64,000 nt of DNA from Rebecca billardiae RCC1528. Taxonomy: Eukaryota; Protista; Haptophyta. Positions 10,305-20,694 of this stretch are shown one piece after another. How positions within the stretch are numbered: the first letter of the stretch is position 1; each line of letters begins with the position of its first letter. The notes below the pieces were generated by a model, which saw nothing but the letters and a program-made list of their open reading frames with translations, had not been told where the DNA came from and made no database searches. The position numbers were made by a program, and so were the translations under genes. Where the stretch lies: positions 1,054,001-1,118,000 of the forward strand of contig OZ251246.1 in assembly GCA_965240325.2 (NCBI GenBank), read 5' to 3'.

Positions 10305-12720
10305 ATGGCGGATGAGGCGGCCCCGGAGGCCGCTGTGGGCCAGATGTCGACCCCACCCAGCGGGTCCGAGACGTCCGACCGCGCTGACGAGCTCAAGAAC
10401 GAGGGGAACAAGAAGTTTGCCGGTGCGCGCGCGCCGCGAGCCGCGCATCCGCGTGCGCGCGCGCGCGCGCGCGCAGCGCGTGGTCGCTGAGCCGTGGGGC
10501 CGCACGTGGCGCGGCGCGGCGTGCGCAGAGGGTCACTACCCCGAGGCCATCGAGCTGTACACGCAGGCCATCGAGGCCGACCCGCTCAAGTCGCTCATCT
10601 ACTGCAACCGCTCGCTGTGCCACATCAAGATGGAGACGTACGGCCTCGCGATCGCCGACGCGACGACAGCGCTGGAGATCGACCCAAAGTGCGTGAAGGC
10701 GTACTACCGGCGAGGCTCTGCGTACATGGGGCTGGGCAAGTACAAGGACGCGCGCACCAACTACAAGAAGGCGTGCCAGCTCAAGCCGAACGACAAGGAC
10801 GCCGCGCTGCGCCACAAGGAGTGCGACAAGGCTGTCAAGCGCGAGGCCTTCGAGAAGGTGCGCGGCCGGACGGGGCGGGCGGCACGCACGGCGGCTGCGC
10901 GCGCGGCTGGGGCGGACGGGGGCGGGGAGGGCGCGGGCGCGGCCGATGGGCGGCGGTGCGTCGCGCGGCGCGCGCGCGAGAGAGAGGGAGGGGAGGGCTC
11001 GGGCCGCGCGCGCGGCAGGCCGTGCCACTGTGAGGGCACCAAACATTCGTCAGACTTTAGAGGCGCTTGCCGCCGCTGAAACCACACGCATCATTGCATC
11101 CGCTGAGTGGCTGGCCGGCCGCCGCACCGCGCGCCGCGCGCGCGCGCGCATCGGCGCGCGCGGGGCCCACGCGCGCGCACGCACACGGCATCTGTGCCGC
11201 TGTGCGGGCCTGCGGCCGAGCCGAACGCGGCGGGCGGGGCGCGCCGGCCGCGGCCGGCACCGCGCGCTGACCGGCGCGCTCGCCCCGGCCCCCGCGCGCG
11301 CCCGCCGCCCGCCGCGCACCGCGCGCGCAGGCGATCGAGAGCGAGCACGCGAACGACGCGCCGCTCGCCGAGAGCGTGCACCCGGAGGAGATGGAGGTGG
11401 AGGCGTCCTACTCGGGGCCGGCGCTGAGCTGGCCGATCACGGCGGAGTTTGTGAAGGAGCTCACCGAGCACTTCAAGGAGCAGAAGTCGCTGCACAAGCG
11501 GTACGTCTTCGAGCTGCTGCGCAAGGCGGAGGAGATCTTCAGGGAGCTCCCCTCCGTGTTTGACGTGCCGGTGCCCGAGGGCAGTACCATCTCGGTGTGC
11601 GGCGACACGCACGGCCAGTTCTACGACCTGCTCAACATCTTCGAGATCAACGGCTGGCCCTCGGAGGAGAACCCGTACCTCTTCAACGGCGACTTCGTCG
11701 ACCGCGGCTCCTTCTCGTTCGAGGTGGTGCTCACGCTCATCGCGTTCAAGTGCTTGTTACCACAGCACTTCCACATGACGCGCGGCAACCACGAGTCAAA
11801 GACGATGAACAAAATGTGCACAGCACGCACGCACGCGCACGCGCACGCGCGCAACCCGCGCGGCGCGGCGCGGCGTGCTCGCGCCGCGCGCCGGAGCGCC
11901 GCCGCACCTGCGCGGCGCGTGTCGCGCCGAGCCCGCCCGCGCACGCGCGCGCCCGCGCCCGCGCGTGCGCAGGTACGGCTTCGAGGGCGAGGTGAAGCAC
12001 AAGTACAGCGAGCAGCTCTTCCACTTCTTCTCGGAGGTCTTCAACTGGCTGCCGCTCGGCGCGGTGATCGGCGGCAAGGTGTTCGTCGTGCACGGCGGGC
12101 TCTTCTCGCGCGACGACGTGACGCTCGCGGAGCTGCGCAAGGTGCAGCGCAATCGGGAGCCCCCGGAGGAGGGGCTGATGAGCGAGATGCTCTGGTCCGA
12201 CCCGCAGCCAGCAAACGGTCGCTCGCCTTCGAAGCGCGGCGTGGGCCTCTCCTTCGGGCCGGACGTGACCAAGGCCTTCCTGCAGCGCAACAACCTCGAG
12301 CTGGTCGTGCGCTCGCACGAGGTCAAGGTGCGCGGCGCGCGCGCGCGCACGCGCTCGGCGCACGCGCCGACGCCCGGCGGCCGGCGCGCGGACAGGCGGC
12401 GCGCCGCGCGCCGAGCGGCCCGGCGGTGCGCGCGCTACGCCGCGTGCGCTCGCGCGCCCGCGCCGCGCGCTCACCACCCGGCCCCGTCGTGCCTGCCTCC
12501 TCGGCGCGCCCCGCAGGACGCCGGGTATGAGGTGGAGGCGGACGGGCAGCTGATCACCGTCTTCAGCGCGCCCAACTACTGCGACCAGATGGGCAATAAG
12601 GGCGCGCTGCTGCGCTTCGACTCGAGCATGCGCTGGACGCCCGTGCAGTTTGACGCGGTGCCGCACCCGCCGATCCGACCGATGCAGTACGCGTCGATGG
12701 GCGCGCTCTTCGGCTTCTGA
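10305..12720 (+). CDS. PPP5C: Serine/threonine protein phosphatase 5, TPR + PPP catalytic domain (exons 10305-10422, 10529-10857, 11331-11815, 11973-12327, 12517-12720)
   Basis: Three TPRs ([27 protein letters not shown]); GDTHGQ, GDFVDRG, RGNHES and SAPNYC motifs; C-terminus [12 protein letters not shown]. Confidence 0.96.
11024..11111 (+). ncRNA. Candidate intronic box C/D snoRNA in PP5 intron 2
   Basis: 88-nt lower-GC island in an unusually long (473 nt) intron. Terminal stem GCCAC/GTGGC closes a box C variant (GTGAGG) and box D (CTGA) in K-turn geometry. Internal CAGA and CTGA could be D' boxes. Confidence 0.5.
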
Positions 12721-13187
12721 GCTCGGCATGGCTCGGCACGGCCACGCGCGCAGGCGCGCCGACCGGCGCTGCCGATGCGGCCTGCGCGCGCAGGCGCAGG
12801 CGTGGAGAGCACCCATCGGATGGCCGCGGCCGCCCTCTGCCGCTGCGCAAGCCGTTTGCTGCGCGCGGCACGGGTGGCCTTGGATGGGCGTCGGTTGTGT
12901 GCCACCCTCACCATTCGAATCTGCAGGCGCGGTCACGGCAGCTGCCCGTCCTGAAGCCGCAGGCCGCCAGTCGACACGGACTCACCGGCCGGCTGCTTCG
13001 ATTGCAGCGCCTGCGCGGCGCAGCCGCGAAGCACTGCAGTTGGGCCCTCAGCGATGCAGGCTCCTGCGGCCCTCTCCTGGCCGCTGGCCACAGACACAGT
13101 GCACTTGACACTTGACAGTTGCCAGTCACTCACGTTCGCGAGCGCGAGCATGTAGTGATGTAGTAGCAGCAGTATATATCATTATAT

Positions 13188-14574
13188 GGGTCGATTTTTT
13201 TGGCTTCGGCGCACGGAGCGCCGATCTCGTCAACGAGCGGCCATCGTGAAAGCGCGCGAAAGTTGCGTTTGCGGGGGCTCGCGCTGCCGGGGTCGTGCGA
13301 CGCGGGCGAAGGGCGCGCGGCCCCTCGCGCTGGTCGGCGGTGACGAGGACACCCAGGTGCGCCATCTCGCGCGCCGCCACGCCCCTCTCCGCGTCTGCCT
13401 CGCGCACACGCAGCGATTGCATTTGGATGTTGCATTCTTGCGCATGCTTGCGCGCCACGTTGCGGGACGAGAAAAAGCGTCATGCGGTTAGGTTTGGCAG
13501 TTTGAGATGGTTCAGATGATGTTGTGACAGGAACTGGAAGACCTAACCGCATGATGCCCTTCCTGCGCGCGCTACACGCATCACGTGCTCTCCGCGCAGG
13601 TGAGCTTGAAAATTTGAAGCTGCTGCTCCTCTGCGAGGCCATCGAGGCGAGCGGCGGCTAGCATGACGCAGCGCTCTCCCCAGCTGCCACGGCCAGCCAC
13701 CTGCACCCGGCTGTGCTCGCACTCGCCTTGAGTGTGTGCACGGTTGACACGTCGACGGTGCTCGGCGGTGTGTTTTTGACTGCTGGTTGGTACGCACGCA
13801 TCATGGGCCCACAGTGGAGTTGGGGTGCGTGCCGTGGCTGTGGCGCGCACGCGATCGACCCATACTGCACACGCACAGCGCAGCTCGGCATCGTTACGGG
13901 CTTCAAACGTCGGCCAGAGCTTGTTTGCTATCCGCGTGCTGCGATCGTCGGCTCCGAGCAATCCACGAGGATGACAACAGGCGGTGCGTGCGCTGTTTGA
14001 AGGCGTTGGGCGCGGCGTCTGCTGGCTGTGCAGTCGCGCCTGGGTACGGCTCGCATGCTACGCAGCGGCGGATACCAGTCTGATGCGGTTTGACGCACGG
14101 GCAGTCATCTGCTTTGCTCTGCACGCGTGGCCGGCTGATCATCCTTTCGCAACGCGTGTCTGCGCGTGCGGTGACTGCTCCCAGATGGGCTCGACGCGAG
14201 GCAAACGCGTGCGAGACTCATCGATACGGAGCTCCCCTCCAGGCAAGCGAGCGTTTGAGCGCGCTCACCTCACTCATGCCTACCCACGCGCATGTTTGCG
14301 CGGCCCACTGGTTCGAATGATGCGACGAGGTCGGTGCGGCGTGCTCGTGGAGTCGTGGGCAGGAGTGCGCGCTCAGTCGACGGTCAAGACGCGCGCCACG
14401 AGGAGCAGTCATGTGCCCAAGGTCGCTCGACCAGCGCGCGACCAACGGCACCCGCGTAGGGCAGCGCAGGAGCTCGCGTTTGACACAGTGGAGCGCCACT
14501 GGGGCGGACGGGCGCCATGGGCGCCCATCGGCGCTACCAGCCCTCCCGTGCGCCGAAGCCAAAAAAATCGACCC
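13188..14574. mobile_element. Non-autonomous TIR DNA transposon (1.39 kb)
   Basis: Perfect 29-bp TIRs GGGTCGATTTTTTTGGCTTCGGCGCACGG (13188-13216 / 14546-14574), with ATAT on both sides. No recognisable intact transposase. Confidence 0.85.
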
Positions 14575-14583
14575 ATATATATA

Positions 14584-16114
14584 GGGGGCGGCGTCGCCGT
14601 GCACGGCGTCCTCGAGCGCGACTCCATCGTCGCGCGCGTGGGCCGCGACGCGTTCGTGGACATGCGCGCCGCCGGATGGCGCCAGTTTCTGCAGTCGGGC
14701 TCGGCGCTCGGGCGGACGCTCGCGACCATCTGGGAGCGCCTCCAGCTCGCCGAGCAGGAGGCGCCAGCTGTGCCCAACCGGCAGCCTTACTGCGTGCTCC
14801 ACCTCCCGGCGGGTCAGGTGGCACCCACTGCACGCCGGGCTGTGGACGGCACCATCTACTACAGCCTCGCCAAGGACATCACGGAGGACGTCGAGAACAC
14901 CCACGGCTGGCTCCTGCGGCGGCAGCTCAGCTCTCTCTCGCGGGACGACCGCCGTGTGCACCTCATCCAGAACGTGGACCGTGCCTCACTCGCGTTCGTG
15001 GGCGCGCTCCCGATCGGCAGCGCGGCGGTCCACCACCAGGGTGAGTGGCTCGAGATCGCGGCGCGCGCGCTCGGGATCCCCAGCCCGGTCTGCGCGCCGC
15101 TGGCCCAGGCCGGGGCGTACGTGCCCACGCGCTCGGGTCCTGGCATCCGGGTGGACGCGTACGGCGACGCGCTCCTCAGCGCGTCCGGCCGCAACGCGCT
15201 CCCCGGCGACCACGTCGCACGCTACCGGCACGACCCGGTGATCCGCGTGCTGGCGGGGTTCTTCCGCACGTACGCCGGTGTGTACGCCGTGCCGGAGGAC
15301 ACCTGGATCTTCGGCTCGGTGCACGCCCAGTCCACCGCCCAGGCGCAGGCGGTGCTCGGCACGGACCGCAAGCGCGTGCCGGTGGTGGACCTGAGTGCCG
15401 AGGTGCACGGCAACTGTACCCTGTTCGAGGTCAAGACCATCTCGCTGAGCCAGTCGCGCTACAGGGTGAGCGACGGCCGCAACGGTGCGGTGCGCCACCG
15501 CGCGGAACTCGTCCCGCGCGAGCGGCGCAAGCAGCTGCAGCTCCTCGACCGCGAGGTCTACGGCACGCTTGAGGGCCAGGTGGGCCCATACGAGGCGCGG
15601 CTCGACACCTTCCCCGCGATCGTCCCGATTGTCGTGGGGGCGTTCGGCGAGTGGAGCGCGGAGGTGGACCTCACCCTCAAGAAGATCGCCAAGATGGGGC
15701 GGGACACGTGGCGCGCGCGCCTCAGCGCGCCCTCGCGCCCCGCCGCCGAGCGCGCGCTGCTCGGCACCATGCGGCGCGAGCTGGGCATGCGCTGCCTGCG
15801 TGGCCAGGCCAAGATGCTCATCGCCCGCGCGCGCATGGCGCACGTGCGCCCGGGGGCACGCGCCCGCGGGGGCGCTGCATACGACGACTACTTCGAGACG
15901 ACGGCTGACGACGCGTGGCACCGCGACCACCGCGGTGGCGCGTGCGCGTCGACGCCAGACGGTGCGTCGAGCTTCCGCTCGGCGATGGAGTGATGGGCGA
16001 CTATGAGGGGGGGGACGACGGCGAGGAGCGCTGATCCTGGTGTTTGTCTCTGCTGCTCGATCTGCTGCTACAGCTTGCTGACTCTGACGCCTGCCCGTTG
16101 CATACCACGTCGTT
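14584..16114 (+). mobile_element. 5'-truncated CRE-like (RLE) non-LTR retrotransposon
   Basis: ORF to 15993 with EWLEIAARALGIPSP, a degenerate knuckle VDAYGDALLS, RHD, D..EVK and PIVVGAFGEW, typical of the post-RT/REL endonuclease region. No RT core. Bounded by (AT)n tracts. Confidence 0.7.
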
Positions 16115-16551
16115 AATATATATATATATGCTGACGACGATACTAGTATCTATAATATATATATATACTGCTTATAAGTATTTAGCGACGCGCAGACCCG
16201 CCGACCGTGTGAGAGGCCGCGACGATCGACACGCACTGTGAGTGGCGGGACTAGCGCTGCCGTCAGTGACACGGACAGTATATAGCAGGTCATCAGACAC
16301 GGAGTCAGCGCCGCGACGCCGACGCTGCCGGACGCCGCGACGCCGACAGACCGTGAGACTGAGCAGACTCGTCGCCGACAGGCACACTCCGCACGGCTGA
16401 CGGCGGCGCCGCGACCGTGATGGTCCGTGCTGGACGACCGCCGGCGGCCAAGTATACTCATAATTACAGTATAGCGCGAGAGGCGCGATGCCTGCGATGA
16501 CGGTCGATGAACTCGAAGTGCCACGCGGATGCTCAGTGATAATGCTGACTA

Positions 16552-17087
16552 CAGGCAATCGCGGGCAATAAGAAGTCAGAGATCTCACGGCGAGCCTCGG
16601 TTTCTTAGCCGTTCGGTAGCCCGAGCGCCTACGGAGTCTCAGTTTCTTAGCTAGGTCCGCCCGCTGCGCAGGCGCGGGGGGCGCAGGGGGGCAGAGCCCC
16701 CCGCTGAGTCTTTAGGCCCGGCCGGCGAGGCCGACGAAAATTTTGGGCCTTTTTGGAGCAAATCTGGCATGATGTTGCATGGATGCTGCGGTGCACTGGC
16801 CAGGAGTCAGTCATCAGGAGAAGTCGGGACTTGGCCTGTACTCGTAGTCGGGCCGCGCGCCGCGCCTCCCCGACGGGCCGACTGCGCCTCGCCCCTAGTC
16901 GGCGGACCACTCGTCAGCCGGGACGACGTAGTCCCGGTTTCTTAGTGTGACTATGCGTATAGCGAACCAGCCAATCGCTAGCCTCAGTTTCTAGGCCAGA
17001 TCCGCAGATAGCCAGCCCCAGTTTCTTAACGTGACGACAGCAGCTGCTTCTTATTGCCGGCGACGCCGCGATTCAGCCTCATCCGAG
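16552..17087. mobile_element. MITE family A, copy 1 (Tc1/mariner-type ends; right TIR disrupted by insertions)
   Basis: Near-identical to 35633-36153. Left end TA|CAGGCAATCGCGGGCAATAAG; the right TIR is recoverable after removing small insertions. Confidence 0.9.
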
Positions 17088-17345
17088 TACCGTCCGTGAC
17101 CGTGTCGTCTGTCAGTCCTGCCAGTGACGCGATAGTGACGCGATAAGTTTGAAATGGTATATGCGCGCGATTGAGCGCAGTCCTACATGCGCGATGACGG
17201 TCGCCAGGCCTGATGCAGAGCCGTCGGATGACGTATTTCGTCCAATGATATTCGCGCAGCAGCAGCAGCGCATCACGGACGGGTGCGCGCGCGCAGTAGC
17301 GCAGCCGCAGTGATCATCAGCCGTCGAACATTGCCGCCAAGCGTT

Positions 17346-18446
17346 TCAGACCTTGACCACGCGCATGCACACGGGGCAGCTCTTTGCGCCGAACGCGTCC
17401 GAGAGCAGCCACTTGTCGATGCACCCGCGGTGGAAGAAGTGGCCGCACGGCAGCGTGCGCACCTGCTCGCCGTCCTCCATATCCGCCATGCACACCACGC
17501 ACGAGACTGGCTCGCTGCCGCCGCGGCTCGCGTCGCCGTCGTCCTCGAGCTCCTCGCAGCTCGAGTCGCCGCATGTGCTGCCGCCGCGCCGCCGCGCCGC
17601 ACTGTAGCGGTGCAGGGGCAGGTTCTGCAGCTGGCGCTCGGTGAGGCCGACCTTCACGGAGCCGATGCGCTCGGAGAGCGCGAGGATCTCCTCACGGCTC
17701 ATGCTGTCGATATCGACCGCGTCCGCCGTGTTGCGATGGTGCCCTCCGGCGCGGCCGCCACCGCCGCTGTGATGCGCGTGGGTCATCAGGTCGCGCGGGA
17801 TGCCGAGGCGGGCGAAGAGCGAGGAGATCGCCCCACCGCCGGCGCCGTGCGCGTACGCGCCGGCCGAGGGCGGCAGGTGGTCCGCGTCCGCGTCCAGCGT
17901 GCGGCCCTGCGCCAGCAGGTAATGCTCGCGCGTGCAGTAGTCGTGCACGATGCCGCGTGGGTAGTCCACGTGCGCCGGCGCGGTGCAGCCGGGGAGCTGG
18001 CACTCGAAGGCCGGGATCTCGACCTCCTGCACATCGGCATCGATGTCCACCGCGTGAATGTCCTGCGCGGCCGCCTGCTGCGCCCAGTCTGCGCGCGAGT
18101 TGCGCTGGCGAAGGGCAAGCTGCTCGTGCTCACGCGAGCAGTAGTCATGCACGACGCCTGCGCGCTTGTCGACCAGACAGGGCCTGTCGCAGCCATCAAG
18201 GGCGCAGATGAGGCACGCGAGAGCATCGTCCTCGGAAGGCGCGGGCGCGGCCTGCGCGCCCGCCGTCGGGCTGAGCACGAGCGGCGACGTTGGCGTCGCT
18301 CCGCTCAGAGTGGCCGGCGCGGCGGCGGTGCGGCGGCGGCGGCGGCTGCGTGTGTATTCGCTGGCGGGATCGACGGCATCCACCTCCACTGCGTCGTCCA
18401 GCAGCTCGATCACCTCGGGGTGCGCACGCTGCGTGCGCTTAGGCAT
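17346..18446 (-). CDS. RING-H2 E3 ubiquitin ligase with SIM-like motifs and two CxxxxC..HDYC..H repeats
   Basis: CVVC..LPCGHFFHRGCIDKWL..CPVC RING-H2; DIDSMSREEILALSERIG..GL motif; EVIELLDD. Confidence 0.9.
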   Translation of the reverse strand: MPKRTQRAHPEVIELLDDAVEVDAVDPASEYTRSRRRRRTAAAPATLSGATPTSPLVLSPTAGAQAAPAPSEDDALACLICALDGCDRPCLVDKRAGVVHDYCSREHEQLALRQRNSRADWAQQAAAQDIHAVDIDADVQEVEIPAFECQLPGCTAPAHVDYPRGIVHDYCTREHYLLAQGRTLDADADHLPPSAGAYAHGAGGGAISSLFARLGIPRDLMTHAHHSGGGGRAGGHHRNTADAVDIDSMSREEILALSERIGSVKVGLTERQLQNLPLHRYSAARRRGGSTCGDSSCEELEDDGDASRGGSEPVSCVVCMADMEDGEQVRTLPCGHFFHRGCIDKWLLSDAFGAKSCPVCMRVVKV

Positions 18447-20089
18447 GGCTGCGGGGCCGCCGCTGGCGCGCCCAAGTCAGCCAATCGATGCTGGGGGCCG
18501 TGGGCTCCTGAGCCTCTCCCGTCAAGCGAGGCCCTGCAGCAATCTTCAGGACAGGTTCCAGGTGCAGCCGCGGCGGGGGCGGGCTGGGCGTGTTGGAACG
18601 CTCGCCCGCGCAGCACGCGCCCTGACGAGCCAGGTGATGACTGATGACAAATACGGCTCAAAGCGGTGAAAAGGCGCCGATCCGAGGCATTTGCCGATGA
18701 AACGTGCAGATGGCTTCGTGATGATTGAATGGTCGGCGGCGGGTACTGAGGACAACGCAAACGGTTGACCTCCCTTGGGTTGACAACGCAGCCAGCGGCT
18801 GGAGGAAGGCCGGCCGGCCGCACGCACGGCGCGGAAATGGCTTGTCGTAGGCAGCAAGGGGGGCACAACGAGTGCGTGCAAGAGCTAGGAAGAGCGCGTC
18901 GGCAAGAAGACTCGGTGCGGACGCATGGCCTATTGCTGTCGTCAGGGCTTGATGCAGTGGGTCGCCAGATCGATCGGGGCCGAGTGATTGAAGCAGCACC
19001 GCGGCTCGAGTGCTAGCTGCTGTCTTGTTCACGTGTGTGAGATGGCCAACGTCGAGCATGCGTCATGGCCGTTGTAGCAACACTGAATGACAGCATCTGT
19101 GTACCGTGTGCAGTGCGTGTGCACGTTCCGCGAGTCGGACTGGCAACAATCATCACTCAGACTGCCTTGCATCATTCGCGGTTATGAATAGTATCGGCCA
19201 ACCGACTCCGCGACTCCACTGCAGGCTCGAGCGCGACTCTGCAGCTACAAGGGCGGGCAATGATATAGCATAGGACTGCATGGGCTGTGTGAGGTGGCAT
19301 TACCAAAATGCAGTCTGCCTGCTGTGCCTCGCCGGGCACTGCCTGCTGTGCTTCGCCAGGGGTGACTGCCAGAGGCCCGCCACACCGGACACTCGACTCG
19401 TTCGCAGAGTTCTGAATACATCGTTGCCCGTATGGGATTGTTGTTCCGTCTCGGACACATATAGCATTGCAAGCGGCAGCCAGCGCGCCCTGCCGGTCTC
19501 AGCCAGTGAGCAGTGTGGTCGGGTGTCCCGGGGGCTGTGCCGCTAGCATGTCATGCCTCGGTGGGCCCGTCTCCGCCGGGCGCGCACTGCTGCTCGGTCT
19601 GCTGCTGCGCAGCTGATGGGGCCATCCGCCATATTAGCCGAGTAGCCCATATATTGTCATATCATCCGGTCGTGACGACATCACATACACAGCTAGGCCG
19701 GGTGCATCAGCCCAGAATATGAGAGTACTGATGAGTGAGACTGAGGTGACACTGCTACAGCTAGAGAGTAGAGTGACAGCTAGTCCGAGTAGTCGTCGCG
19801 TGAATCTGGACGGACGACAATCTTAATCGTCGTCTAAATTCAGACTGATGCTGAGACTGGTGCCGGTGGCGCGAGTAATAATTAAGCGACATGCGCTGAG
19901 TCGTCTGACGTCTGACAGATATATCGGCGCGACGAATCCGTCGTGACGAATTAATAATAATATATATTTTGTTACGATAATGTATGCCGGAAAGTGGCGG
20001 CGGGGCAGATCAGATTAGAGCGCCACTACTCACTAGGCACTAGACAGTAGGCAAGCCGCATCATCTCGTGCGTAATATGTCTCTATATA

Positions 20090-20093
<4 letters not shown>

Positions 20094-20151
<58 letters not shown>
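20094..20151. repeat. (TA)n microsatellite
   Basis: Direct observation. Confidence 0.95.
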
Positions 20152-20153
<2 letters not shown>

Positions 20154-20268
20154 CGGACGACCGCGCCACAGACAGGTCGAACCCGGAACCGACGGCCTCG
20201 GTCAGAACGTCGACGCGTACAAGTACATGATGACCAGCAAGGGCTGGCGACGACTGCAAATACTTCGC

Positions 20269-20523
20269 GCGTCAATCTCGCCTGCCTGAGCTGTGTGTGT
20301 CTCACTTATTCTGAGTCAGTAAACTGTGATCAGCGGCATCCCTGGGCACCTACTGCCTTCGTGTGATCAGCAGCATCGGCGACGACTAGGTCTAGGTCCT
20401 CACCGGTCACCCGCGGCCAACGCGCTCACACCCGCCGCCTCTGTCTCCAACCAGTACTTCGACAGACGAATCAGGACGAGAGCTGCGCCCTCGTGCCTCG
20501 TCACTGCCCTGTGTCTTTAAATA
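20269..20523 (+). repeat. Degenerate dispersed repeat (20269-20325 matches 3892-3939 on -; about 20420-20523 matches about 60903-60998 on +)
   Basis: Shared strings GCGTCAATCTCGCCT..GAGCTGT..TTATTCT..AGTAAACT and ACAGACGAATCAGGA..GAGCTGCGCCCTCGTGCCT..GTGTCTTTAAAT. Confidence 0.75.
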
Positions 20524-20694
20524 TCGTCATCATCATTGTCAGATACCAACGGTACTGACCGCGTGTCGCCTGCTGCCAATTACGCCACAGAATCGTCGCG
20601 TCGATGGCGCAGCCATGCGTACTGTGGCGGCGTTACCAATCACGCCTGCTTGAACCATCAAGTGTGCAGCACGTTAAAACATATGGTAGTATTA

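Noticed and set aside
11024-11111. Identity as U14 snoRNA
   Set aside because: CACTGTGA..AACATTCG resembles the U14 5' end, but domain A is imperfect and domain B is absent.
13984-14583. N-terminal part of the 669-aa ORF as a host gene
   Set aside because: It lies inside a TIR element and reads through its TIR, so the ORF is chimeric.
18700-20070. Lower-GC region with short ORFs
   Set aside because: No motifs, termini or homology within the window; left unannotated.
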